Shown: positions 36,811 to 48,980 of the stretch, one piece after another
Layout of the letters: every line of letters starts with the position of its first letter
Position numbering within the stretch: position 1 is the first letter of the stretch
From: Aplysia californica
Lineage: Eukaryota
Reading direction: 5' to 3'
Length of the DNA stretch: 64,000 nt
NCBI RefSeq assembly: GCF_000002075.1
Contig: NW_004797862.1
Location: 394,992-458,991 of the forward strand
Program-made: the position numbers and the translations under genes
Notes under the pieces: model-generated
Told to the model about the DNA's origin: nothing
The model's database searches: none
The model's input: the letters and a program-made list of their open reading frames with translations, nothing else

Positions 36811-37722
36811 TACACACTATTTTCATCCAGACATAGGAACAGAACAACTATATAACTATAATGAAAAATAACGTTAAAAACTTATAAAGGATAGGCCTGT
36901 AGGAACACAAAATGTTTAAGGTGTCTTTTGAAGCAATCAAGTGTTTTTATTTGTCTTAGTTTCATGGGTAATCTGTTCCACATAAATAGACCAAGATATG
37001 AGAAAGATCTCTCTCCATAGAATTTCTATGATTTTACAGGTGTCACAAGTAGGGTGTTATAGTTTGATGATATTAGGTTTCTCCCAGGCTAATATATACT
37101 GATAAGTTCTTGTAGATAAAAAGGAACAGTTTTACATTTGAAACACATGACGCAGATTTTAAATATTATTCTTTCTTTTACAGGGAGCCAATGCAGTTCT
37201 TTTAATAATGGAGTGACATGGTCTCGTTTTTTAGGTCTTGTTATCAGTCAAGCTGCATTGTTTTGAATTACTTGTAAACGATTCAAATAGTTGTTGTTCA
37301 GACCTGCTAGGAGTGAGTTACAATAGTCTAATCTAGATAGGATAAGAGATGTTACCAGTGTTTTTGTGGTCTCTTCGTTTAAGTACTTTCGAACTAGGCC
37401 TATCCTTCTCAGCTGAAAATAATTGATTTGGACAGAGATCCTATAAATGAGCCCATTGATAAGTGGTGGTCAATATATAGATCTACACCAAGATTCTTGA
37501 CAACTTCTTTACTAGATGTCAAATGCCCATATAAATCAAAGTTGACACTTTCCAAATCTTTATTTAATCATGGATTTTTTATCAGAATGATGTCTGTCTT
37601 TTCTTCGTTTAGTTTCAATTTGTTTACTGCCATCCACTTTTAGTGATAGAAATCATGTTTGGCAGATCTTGAATGGTGCCATTAACATACATTTGGGAAT
37701 CATCGGCATAAAAATGATAATT
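36612..37722 (-). mobile_element. L2/CR1-group LINE 3' fragment (RT remnant)
   Basis: YHFYADDSQMY, WMAVNKLKLNEEKT, SRLDYCNSLL, LHWLPV; tail TGTAAAGCGCATTGAG...GCGCTATATAAAT. Confidence 0.85.
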
Positions 37723-38718
37723 CAACAGGGGCGAAGCGTCTATATAATCAAATAATCACTGCTTCCCTTCCTAATTTTGAAACATTGTCGCTGTCAAATT
37801 CATCCATAAACGTAAACCTCTTAAATTAAATGTCAAAAGACGTTCGTAATCAACAATGAACAGTATGCCTAACATTCAAAACGGTTTCACGGCCACAGAA
37901 ATAGCCTCCTCACCCCTCTCGGGCCACTCCATAAGCAGTCGCAAGCTTTGATTAAGTAAGCTTAAAGTGAGGCTGGAAGAGTCCACCAATATAGTTGAAG
38001 GGAACATGTGCATAGCAGTCTTAGCTGTTTCATTGCCACATATACCCTGTTCACCCCTTTGGGGTCACAGTTAAAATCAATCTCAAGCCCTGATTATGTA
38101 AGCTAACTAACACTGGTCGAGTCTACCTCACAAATCTAACAATCTCTTCACTGTTGCAAGTACTTGCTTTTTTTCCTCGACTTTTTACCGTCCTATAATC
38201 AGATCGTGACCTCGATTATGACACCAGCTCCTGGCTGCGGAAGGCTAACAAAAACAGCCAAATGTAAAATTTTAAAAATGATAATTGTCATGTTCTACCA
38301 AAGAGTTAGACTCACTGGTAGATCTATAACATATAGATTTAGTACTGACGTCTCTGCTTCTTTGCTTTGTGTTTATGTAATCACATCTAAAGTTAAATTT
38401 AATTTTAGTTGGAACTGATATTTAATAAGATACTTTCCCGATTATTTTGGCGGTTGAACATACAATATGAATTCCGGATTTGTTTTCATTCACAACTCAG
38501 AGTCGCCGCCTCGAGTAAGATTCTTGTGTCATATCTACAGGCCATATCTGGTCCCGTTTCACTTTGATTACCCTGTCAAACAAGTCAGCCTTCGCCCCTG
38601 TAATTCAATCCATGATTTTGTCAAATGTTTGGTAAGGGCTGTGTATATAGTGTAAAGAGCACTGGTCCAAGAACGGACCATTATAATTATAATAATAATA
38701 ATAATAATAATAGAAAGC

Positions 38719-38756
<38 letters not shown>

Positions 38757-38923
38757 CCTAATAATAATAAAGATAATAAACAACGTCAGCATCTTGCCTT
38801 TATGTAAGAAAATAAAAAAGGAAATTTAGCATAATAAACGGAACTTTAAATACCTGTGCCTGATAAAGGATAATAGAAAAAACTCTTCACTTTACTTCAA
38901 CTTATACTTATAATTCTCCTTAA

Positions 38924-39163
38924 TCCTATCCGTACGCCCTGGGGTCATTTTGTACCCCCGGGGTTGTATGCTTCACATTTTAGAATACTTCTAGTACAAA
39001 AATCTCTTTGAAACTCTCAGTATTTCTCAAAAAATCATTTTGACAGACTGCTGTGCAAAGCTTGCGGATCAGGTTAACGAGTAAATTTCCGCTTTGGAAA
39101 GTGGTGGCACAGAGTTCTCCATGTCGTACGGATACGATAGAAAAAACACGACGTACGATAGGG
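38924..39163. mobile_element. piggyBac-like MITE
   Basis: TTAA|TCCTATCCGTACG...CGTACGATAGGG|TTAA. Confidence 0.6.
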
Positions 39164-39444
39164 TTAAACTAACTTGTACATGAGGGCAGCACAGTTTTCA
39201 AATGAATCAAACATGTAAAAATACTGAGTATTAATATTAATTATTATTAATTATAATTGTAGGAGGAGTCACACTAAGGAGATTAAAAGTTGTCTTCTCA
39301 CCTCGTCTTGTCCTCCCATGTTTATCCCCTCCGTGTTCCAAGCTCCTTGAGTCACACCGATACACTTCAACATCAATGGTATCTTGGTTTCCTAGTTCCA
39401 TTAATACAATGTACTACAGTAGGCCTACCGGTACGATAGGCAGC

Positions 39445-39995
39445 ACAAGGACACTCAAACATACCTGGAAATGACAGAGCAGACACACTCGCCAAAAGGG
39501 GATCTAGACAGGAACAACCCAACATTTCAACTTCATACAACACTGCAAAACAAATCATTAAAAGCAACAGCAAACAAGATTGGAAGAACAGAGATAGGCC
39601 TTGGGACAGACAGGCAGAACAGTCTTCAAACATGACTACAACAAAACGAAACGACAATATCAACCACCTACAGAGAAAGAAACAGACCACGCTCTTCCGT
39701 CGAACAGAACATATAGGCCTACAGCTCAACTTTCACTTGAACCGAATAAAACCAGAACTTCCCCCAATATGCCCTTTGTGTGACTATGCATATGAGACAG
39801 TGGAACATCACCTTTTCCATTGCACAGCCCTAAATGACATCCAGAGCTACACTTGTCTCTCCGAGATGTAACTTCGACAACACACTCTACGGAACATTAC
39901 AGCAACTGCAGCAAACCTGCACTTATCACTACATGGCATTGGACAGAAAGGCGAGAGCCCAGCTGTTGCTGGATCGATAACAACAACAACAACAT
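39445..39995 (+). mobile_element. 3' fragment of an RNase H-bearing LINE (I/Nimb/Ingi-like)
   Basis: GHSNIPGNDRADTLAK (end of RNase H), CPLC...ETVEHHLFHC zinc knuckle, (AAC)n tail. Confidence 0.8.
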
Positions 39996-40198
39996 AGACA
40001 GCACAAGTAACAAGACTGAGGAAAAGATGGCTTCCAGCAAGGACAAAGGGAAATGCTTCTCTCTCGAATTAATTAAGGCCAAGATAATCAATAAAGTTGA
40101 GAAGAAAATTTTACGGATATGGAAGGGAGGTGATCATGTGGATTTTTAGAATTTTTTCAGTAATTCCCCTTCACATTCCTCCTGTAGCGGCAACTTGC

Positions 40199-40570
40199 CT
40201 AATCCAGGATTCTTCTCCTGGCACCAGCAGTCCCTCTGGCACCAGGAGTCCCTCTACAGCCATGATCTGCCACAGGAGAATTTAATGATAATGTTGTCTC
40301 CCTTGTGAGGTTCCCAAAACTGGCCTCAAACAGAGCAACATTGCAAAAGTTTTCCGCAATCAAGCTTTGTTCACGAGGAAGGTCCCTGAGCTTATGTGCT
40401 ATGGTTTTTCCGTAGGAATCGAACTGATCTTCTTCTGTGGCTACACGGGGGCTGTGCAGTCTCGGCCGTTTGGAGCTGGATCCTGGTCTTGGCTCAGGAC
40501 TCGACCTAAAGTCCTCAGCATACTGTGACTGTATGTTGTCAGAATCATCAGTTGAACCAAGGCTGTATAT
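40199..40570 (-). pseudogene. Remnant of the Harbinger ORF2 (MADF/Myb-SANT partner) C-terminal exon with a BESS-like motif
   Basis: Open 124-codon frame after a gaccag acceptor: EEDQFDSYGKTIAHKLRDLPREQSLIAENFCNVALFEASFGNL. Confidence 0.65.
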
Positions 40571-40757
40571 CTGGTCAAGAAAGTCGGAGTGGCAAAATAA
40601 AAATGGAGTAAATTAAGGTTAATAAATTATTATGTGTTTGTTGCTGTTGTTTTTTGTTTGTTTGTTTGTTTGTTTGTTAGTTTGTTTTTATTGACAAGAA
40701 TTGCTTAGGTAATGATAGATCTAGTATATCCTTTTTTTTCTTTCAAATTTTCCCCAG

Positions 40758-41310
40758 TTTCCAAGAAATTCGGATGAATGGCAGCAAATGTAACCCCAAC
40801 AGTTGGACATTAAATGGCAGTTATAAAATCCTAACTATTTGGGTGCTGTAGATGGCAAGCATATTATAGAGAGCTATATCTCCACCCCTGGCTCTAGCTC
40901 CTATTATCACAATTGCAAGGGATTCCATAACATGGTACTGTTGGCTATTGCTAATGCTGAGATTATGAGCTGTTGTATGTGAATTTCGGAACAGATGGAC
41001 GGGTTTCTGATGGTGGTGGGATTGACCAGATAGATTCCAACGAACTGAAGAGTAAAGATCTACCTTTGCCACAGCCAAACGATTCAAATTGCCTTCCCTA
41101 CGTGTTCATTGCAGATGAAGCCTTGCTCTACGACTGAACTTTTAGAAGCCTTACAATGAGAGGGTGCAAGATGGCAAAAAGAATATTTAATTACCGACTC
41201 TCAAGGGGTAAGAAGAATTGTGGAGAATGACTTTGGTATTCTTCTAGTTTCCAGATTTGGGGTACTGAAGTCTGAAATAAAGCTCAAACCAGAGAACATA
41301 TCGACTCTGT
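40758..41310 (+). pseudogene. Degenerate Harbinger transposase, last exon
   Basis: Frameshifted and stop-containing motifs LGAVDGKHI, YHNCKGFHNMVLLAI, GRVSDGG, LPYVFIADEA and IFNYRLSRG-RRIVENDFGIL. Confidence 0.85.
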
Positions 41311-41924
41311 TGTTTTCGGCCTTTTCTTACCTCAATCGGCCGTTTGATCAAAATGTTATTTTCACACACTTTAATATCCCATTTTTCTGCTCTGTTTCGT
41401 ATTTGATTTTAATGTAACTTTCACAGAATGTTAACGAGACACCTAGTTCTAAAAAAGTTCTGAGGAAATTTTGATTGCTTTAACTTTTGATAAAAAATTG
41501 CCTCAGAGAAAGTTAGATTTTTCCCTAGGTTTTTTTTCACAATTATGCAATTAGCCGATAATTTTAATGTGCTATAAAATGAAAACTAAAGCATATACCA
41601 AAAATTCCTCAACACAAATTTTTTATCTGTACTTTTACTACGTACTGTAAAATGTAAAATTAAAAGTGAATTTGTACATTTAAACAAATTTAAAAAACAG
41701 GATAAAAAAAGGTAAACAAAATCCAATATGGCGCCGTTAACGTTTCCAGAGCAACTGAACCATAATATTTACTTTTTAAACAATAATGGACGCTAAATTC
41801 TCAGCGATACATGATGTCCCACAGCAAATAATATGTGCTCTCTAGGGTTTGTAAAATTGTAATAGCTTATGAAACCGATCTGAACCTGGGTTGAACTAGA
41901 GAGAGACGAGAAGAAGTATAACAG

Positions 41925-42462
41925 AATTTGTTTTTGTAAATAAAGTGTTTTACGGCGCTTGCAACTGCATAAGGTCATATGAATATGAGCGCGCGGGACA
42001 CACCTAATATTTTCAGTTGGTAGGAAATTTTGAATTTTGCCCAGGTGGGGGCCGAAGCCTACTCTTATAGATAATCGATTTTAGACCACCAAGGGATCTT
42101 TAATGTGCGCAACTTGCACACGGGCCCTCCGAGATTTTTCGCCCTTGTCCGAGAAGGCTAGGTGTAGATCCATCCTACCAGAAGATCAAGGGTGAGGCAG
42201 AAAGACAGCAGTAAGGAAGAGCCAAGGAGTAGCAGTAGAAAGGCTGCAGAAAGAATGAGCCCACAGGAGGGGGCAAAGGAGGTGAGGGGGTGGGGGCAGA
42301 AAGTGGAAATGAAAGCAGACAACAGAACATTGCTAGAGAGCAGGAAAGGAGGTGAAAGGAGACAAATTTAGAGAATAAAATTGTTCTGTCGCTACCCAGA
42401 TTCAAACCCGCGACCTTTGAATGAGATGTCACCACCTTAACCTCTAGGCCATGAGAGCCCCC
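41925..42462 (-). mobile_element. SINE family A copy
   Basis: Colinear with the 12930 copy; TSD GTATAACAG. Confidence 0.85.
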
Positions 42463-42533
42463 GTATAACAGCTAGAATGTTAGGTAAAGAAATCCAGAGA
42501 GCATATTGAACAAACAGAAGCAAGACCGCCCAT

Positions 42534-43373
42534 TCAATCTACCTGCTCAGGAAATTTCCTCTCCCCTCCTGTTTCGAACAGGTCGGAATCAAGATCCTTG
42601 CATTCATCGTCGAACCAAATCCGCAAGTCATCTGCCTCTTTCAGGTTAGGATTCATCCTCAGTGGGCTCTCCACTAGCACTGAAAGGGTCTTTTCATTAA
42701 AATACGTAACTTTAGCTCTTTTCACAGCTACCACAGGGCTGTTCTCGCCGTCAAACGTCTTCGCTGTCTCTCCCCACAAGGTCAGAGTAACTCTCATTTT
42801 AGACCCATCAATGATCCGGAGGTCTCGCTTCATGCTTCCCAGTTTCGACGGTACTGGGACAACGTCGTCGCACCCTACGACAACACCAATAACGTCTACA
42901 AGGGAGTCGTTCTCATATTTCTCCAAATCAGATAGCTTCACAAAGTTAAATTTCATATCTGGCACAGTTGATCTACTATAATCAGGACAAATCTCAATCC
43001 TTGAATCACGACCCAATGTCATCTGGTTCTTGTTTTTCACAGTGTCATATTTTTGCTTCGCATTCTGCAGTAGGCAGTTGGAAATATAATACACTTCGCC
43101 CACAGTGAACTTGTCAAAGTATGCGTGTGCCCATTCATTAAATCCTGTGCAACAAATCTCTCCGCTGTCATCCAAAAAAATAACTTTGAAGAAACAGCCC
43201 GGGCCTTTATCATTGCTATAGTGCTGCATGTCGGATCTGTGGATCACCCGAGCCCGAATTTTCCATCCTTTTTTGTTAAGATCGAGGCTTGCAATCGAAT
43301 GGACGCCACGTTTGGAAGAGTCTTGTGAGGACCTCTTCAAACCCGGGGTCGAAGAGCTACCCTCCACCTGACT
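42534..43373 (-). CDS. RPA1/RPA70-like ssDNA-binding protein, DBD-A plus DBD-B only (terminal exon; 5' exon probably in or beyond the gap)
   Basis: WKIRARV, DDSGEICCTGFNE, VGEVYYIS, VDVIGVV, VTLTLWGETA, VVAVKRAKV and LRIWFD match RPA70 OB-A and OB-B. Polypyrimidine acceptor tttttcag at 43374; stop just after DBD-B. Confidence 0.88.
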   Translation of the reverse strand, partial: SQVEGSSSTPGLKRSSQDSSKRGVHSIASLDLNKKGWKIRARVIHRSDMQHYSNDKGPGCFFKVIFLDDSGEICCTGFNEWAHAYFDKFTVGEVYYISNCLLQNAKQKYDTVKNKNQMTLGRDSRIEICPDYSRSTVPDMKFNFVKLSDLEKYENDSLVDVIGVVVGCDDVVPVPSKLGSMKRDLRIIDGSKMRVTLTLWGETAKTFDGENSPVVAVKRAKVTYFNEKTLSVLVESPLRMNPNLKEADDLRIWFDDECKDLDSDLFETGGERKFPEQVD

Positions 43374-45210
43374 CTGAAAAAAAAAAGAAAAGAAAATCCC
43401 GAAGTGAGAGTGGTGTCTGAGGTTGGCGGAAAGGTGGTTGTTTTGGTTTTTGGTTTGATTGGGGGGTTTTTGGGGTTTTTTTTGTTTGTTTGTTTGTTTG
43501 TTCGTTCGTTGTTGTGGTTGTTTTTAGGGGGTTAGTGGTGGTTTTCTTTGTGCTTTTTGTTTTGTTTTGATTTTTTGNNNNNNNNNNNNNNNNNNNNNNN
43601 NNNNNNNNNNNNNNNNNNNNNNNNNNNNNNNNNNNNNNNNNNNNNNNNNNNNNNNNNNNNNNNNNNNNNNNNNNNNNNNNNNNNNNNNNNNNNNNNNNNN
43701 NNNNNNNNNNNNNNNNNNNNNNNNNNNNNNNNNNNNNNNNNNNNNNNNNNNNNNNNNNNNNNNNNNNNNNNNNNNNNNNNNNNNNNNNNNNNNNNNNNNN
43801 NNNNNNNNNNNNNNNNNNNNNNNNNNNNNNNNNNNNNNNNNNNNNNNNNNNNNNNNNNNNNNNNNNNNNNNNNNNNNNNNNNNNNNNNNNNNNNNNNNNN
43901 NNNNNNNNNNNNNNNNNNNNNNNNNNNNNNNNNNNNNNNNNNNNNNNNNNNNNNNNNNNNNNNNNNNNNNNNNNNNNNNNNNNNNNNNNNNNNNNNNNNN
44001 NNNNNNNNNNNNNNNNNNNNNNNNNNNNNNNNNNNNNNNNNNNNNNNNNNNNNNNNNNNNNNNNNNNNNNNNNNNNNNNNNNNNNNNNNNNNNNNNNNNN
44101 NNNNNNNNNNNNNNNNNNNNNNNNNNNNNNNNNNNNNNNNNNNNNNNNNNNNNNNNNNNNNNNNNNNNNNNNNNNNNNNNNNNNNNNNNNNNNNNNNNNN
44201 NNNNNNNNNNNNNNNNNNNNNNNNNNNNNNNNNNNNNNNNNNNNNNNNNNNNNNNNNNNNNNNNNNNNNNNNNNNNNNNNNNNNNNNNNNNNNNNNNNNN
44301 NNNNNNNNNNNNNNNNNNNNNNNNNNNNNNNNNNNNNNNNNNNNNNNNNNNNNNNNNNNNNNNNNNNNNNNNNNNNNNNNNNNNNNNNNNNNNNNNNNNN
44401 NNNNNNNNNNNNNNNNNNNNNNNNNNNNNNNNNNNNNNNNNNNNNNNNNNNNNNNNNNNNNNNNNNNNNNNNNNNNNNNNNNNNNNNNNNNNNNNNNNNN
44501 NNNNNNNNNNNNNNNNNNNNNNNNNNNNNNNNNNNNNNNNNNNNNNNNNNNNNNNGAGGTCGGTAAGCCATCAGGTGACTGATGCCCCGCACCTCCGACT
44601 CCATCACTAAAATCCAGAGCTATAAAGGCACCGCGTAGCACCACTCGTGAACGCATCAAAACCTTGTCTTACAAGCACGGGTGACAAAGGAGGTATCAAG
44701 ATACAGTCTTGACTTCAAGTGCGCAGGTTTTATACGTCGTATGAGACAAATAAAAGAGGCGCACAGACAGATTATTATAACGTTACTTAGTAAAAAAGCA
44801 ATATTGTGGATTTTAAAGGAGTAAAGAGAAACGTATAATTATATCGACTCAATAACGTTCTTAGAGAGTTAGGGAAAAGACGAGCTTTTAATTATCTATT
44901 CCCGGTCAGTTTTCCATGTAAAAACACGAGCTTTGTAAAATACGTGGGCGTTATAAGACCTCAAAACTGAGGGTGTCTCCGTTTTGGTTGTAACAACAAC
45001 AACAGCAACAACATCAACAACAACAGCAACAACATCAACAACAACAGCAACAACAAGATAACGACAACAACAAAAACAACCAAAGGAAGAAAATAGTTCA
45101 GTAGAGCCTGCCTGAGGCGCCCTCCAACCGCCCAACAGAGGACATCAAGACCTGGTCGATTCAGAGTAGATAACAGGAACCGTTGCTCGGAACAAACGGC
45201 GACGACGACG

Positions 45211-45241
<31 letters not shown>

Positions 45242-45572
45242 ACAGCTTCGCAGAGCCTGCCAGAGGCGCCCTCCAACCGCCCAACAGTGGACAACATATC
45301 ACGAGCTGGTCTAACAAGCCCGGAGACTAAGTAGGTATCAGGAACCGTTACGAAGAACAAGCGGCCGGAGTCAGGACAGATCTACATGGCTCCCAGGCCC
45401 AGGTCTATGCGTTGTGTATCCGGCCGGTCATCCATCACAGGAGATTGGCCGTTACAAGATAGGGGGGGGGAGNNNNNNNNNNNNNNNNNNNNNNNNNNNN
45501 NNNNNNNNNNNNNNNNNNNNNNNNNNNNNNNNNNNNNNNNNNNNNNNNNNNNNNNNNNNNNNNNNNNNNNNN

Positions 45573-48500
45573 GGGGGGGACTGTTAAGTTCACAGAGACC
45601 CAAGCCTGTGCGCCTTGTACCTGCTCCATCCTTTTCTTCATTGGGGTACTGTAACCTTCTGTACTCATGTTTCCCTCGTCTGGCTTCTCAGAAGATTGGG
45701 AGCAGTTTGCTCGGTTTGAGATGGAATTCGGACTGGAGCTAGATTCCCAGTACAGTCTTCAGCATCTAAAAATAGAAAAGTGATACAGTGTTAATTTAGT
45801 GTGGCTTCACTAGCGCACAGACTTTGAATGAACTTTGGTGAACCCAACAGGCACTCACAATGTGATGCGAAAGCACAGGTTCACTGACCGGTCACGATGG
45901 CGAGCCCAACAATTTAAGACGCTTGTGTATGACTTTTTTTTTTCAGCAAGTGACTGCACAGTACAAATATTGATTTATAATATATTCATTTCCGTTACCG
46001 TGTACGTAGATACCAAGACTAGGTGCCCGTTTACCGTGTACATAGACACTCCATAATAATTATTATGCAATAGGTCCCAGCTAGGTTTGCATCCGGACAA
46101 CGACGGAAAATGTTCTTCTCTAAAATATAGGCTGACATTATTCTCCTTTCTCCACCTCTGCTCTCTAACTCTAACAACGTATTTTTCTGTCTCTGCTTTC
46201 GTCTCCACTTTCTGCCCCCACTCCGACACCTCTTTTGACTTTTGTCCCCTCCTCACAGGGGCTCTTAAAAAAACAAGTAGTATATAGGCCTAGCTTACAG
46301 TTAAATGCAGAAATACATGAGAGTACAAGTACTTGTTGTCTTACTAACAGCAGTCAAGCCTGCATTTGTGAGGCAGCGTGGTGGAATCAGGCTCTCGTCA
46401 AAATAATCACAGTGAAGAAACTTGCATTTTTCCGCAGGTTTGCGAATTTTTATCAAATTTTTGTTTTTGGGCTCAATACCTTTTAAAGGCCATTAAAGAA
46501 CTCATTTCTGTGTGGATTCTACTGAAAAACGTCGATTAAAGGCACAAAAGATATACATTTTCAGTTACCACAGACTCTATCGTCATCAGTATAATATAAC
46601 CTATTATTTTAATTCTTCTTCTTCTTCTTTTATTATATATATCATTATTATTATCATTTTTATTATCATTATATATTGTATTGTGTTACGTTGTGTTGCT
46701 TTGTATGTAAACAAGAGGGTATAGTATATATGGGGAATATTCTGTTAACATGTGATACGGAGACACCAAAGTAATTAGGCTACATTTCCTAAAACTCTCT
46801 CTGAAGACAATAAATAGATTTTTAAAATGGCAGTGAGCCAATCATTGGAAAACACAAGAGAGTACATACTGATACCCAAGAATTACAAAGTTTTATCAGC
46901 TCAGTATCTAGTATCAAGAGATTTGACATTAAAACTTTTGAGTTTCATAGCACATGACCAGCTTTTTCGAAAGCAATTCTTTGAATAATATAGATCTACT
47001 GAATGTTTCTGAGTGTTCTCAGGGGGTCTGCTAGGGTAATAATAGTTGTAAAGCGCATAGACCATGGTTCTTGAGCATGGATACGCGCTATATAAATGCA
47101 ATTATTATTTTTTTATTTTTTAAAAATTATTATTAGGACTCTGGATGATCTTACGATTTTGGTAGAGCAGAAAGAACATTTAATTTGGTTTCCAACCTCA
47201 TGACCTTATAGTAACTCGACAAACAGCCACAAATTTCAGATAGAACTTTGTATACTTGCATATTATGTACTTCTAAAGTAGCGGTACATGTACGTCCAAA
47301 CAGCAGTGATCGCGGAGGTTAACCAAAAGACGCAGTGACTGATCTGTATATATGGAATTAAATTGTGACTGCTGTTTGGGTGAGCCAATATATATATATG
47401 GTCCACACAACCACATGCATGGCTACCATATACCACAACGCTAAATATAGACCAGGTGTCACCAAAGTATAATAACCCACGGGACAGATCCGACGCCCAA
47501 GGTCAGTTAAATCGTCTGGCCTGCCGCCATTCCACCATGTAGGAGGGGGGGGGGTCGACTTGGAAGAACTGTTCGTTGGGTGCTCAGGACTTAGTCACTA
47601 AAACAATTTAGTCTTACCAATTACTAATATAAGGAAAAAATTGAGACTCATGTCAATGTCAAAAGCGCCTTAGTTACAAATAATACAAACAGTGAAATTC
47701 TGATAAAGTCAACACCTCGGGACCGAAAGAAAAGTGGGGGGGGGGGGAGGGGGGGGACTGTTAAGTTCACAGAGACCCAAGCCTGTGCGCCTTGTACCTG
47801 CTCCATCCTTTTCTTCATTGGGGTACTGTAACCTTCTGTACTCATGTTTCCCTCGTCTGGCTTCTCAGAAGATTGGGAGCAGTTTGCTCGGTTTGAGATG
47901 GAATTCGGACTGGAGCTAGATTCCCAGTACAGTCTTCAGCATCTAAAAATAGAAAAGTGATACAGTGTTAATTTAGTGTGGCTTCACTAGCGCACAGACT
48001 TTGAATGAACTTTGGTGAACCCAACAGGCACTCACAATGTGATGCGAAAGCACAGGTTCACTGACCGGTCACGATGGCGAGCCCAACAATTTAAGACGCT
48101 TGTGTATGACTTTTTTTTTTCAGCAAGTGACTGCACAGTACAAATATTGATTTATAATATATTCATTTCCGTTACCGTGTACGTAGATACCAAGACTAGG
48201 TGCCCGTTTACCGTGTACATAGACACTCCATAATAATTATTATGCAATAGGTCCCAGCTAGGTTTGCATCCGGACAACGACGGAAAATGTTCTTCTCTAA
48301 AATATAGGCTGACATTATTCTCCTTTCTCCACCTCTGCTCTCTAACTCTAACAACGTATTTTTCTGTCTCTGCTTTCGTCTCCACTTTCTGCCCCCACTC
48401 CGACACCTCTTTTGACTTTTGTCCCCTCCTCACAGGGGCTCTTAAAAAAACAAGTAGTATATAGGCCTAGCTTACAGTTAAATGCAGAAATACATGAGAG

Positions 48501-48755
48501 TACAAGTACTTGTTGTCTTACTAACAGCAGTCAAGCCTGCATTTGTGAGGCAGCGTGGTGGAATCAGGCTCTCGTCAAAATAATCACAGTGAAGAAACTT
48601 GCATTTTTCCGCAGGTTTGCGAATTTTTATCAAATTTTTGTTTTTGGGCTCAATACCTTTTAAAGGCCATTAAAGAACTCATTTCTGTGTGGATTCTACT
48701 GAAAAACGTCGATTAAAGGCACAAAAGATATACATTTTCAGTTACCACAGACTCT
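45573..48755 (+). repeat. ~1-kb near-identical direct duplication (45573-46578 = 47750-48755)
   Basis: Identical translated ORFs at an offset of 2177; copy 1 abuts a gap. Confidence 0.9.
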
Positions 48756-48980
48756 TATGCTAAAGAAATAACTAATCTTTTTCAGCCATTTTCTCACTAA
48801 TTTTACCTCTGAAAACAGGTGACCCCCACCTTCTTTCGCAAATATCTCGACTTGTATTCAAGACAAATAGATACTTTTTTCATCCAAATAAAGACAAGTG
48901 AACAAGCTTTAAGATGATGATACGAATAACTCTACATGCCCAAAAACTGACGAGAGCCTGATTCCACCACGCTGCCTCAT
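48545..48980. mobile_element. MITE with a 32-bp perfect TIR and an ATTT TSD (Sola1-like AWWT target)
   Basis: TGAGGCAGCGTGGTGGAATCAGGCTCTCGTCA is inverted at both ends. Relatives lie at 30204-30639, ~2790-3090 and a half copy at 46368-46578. Confidence 0.75.

Noticed and set aside
37830-38200. Decayed RNase H-type LINE 3' end on the minus strand (ICGNETAK)
   Set aside because: A single weak motif, too degenerate to list.
43357-44659. Long ORFs of 344-416 aa
   Set aside because: Artifacts of the N gap. ATGGAGTCGGAG|gtgcgg near 44600 could be the RPA-like first exon but has no independent support.
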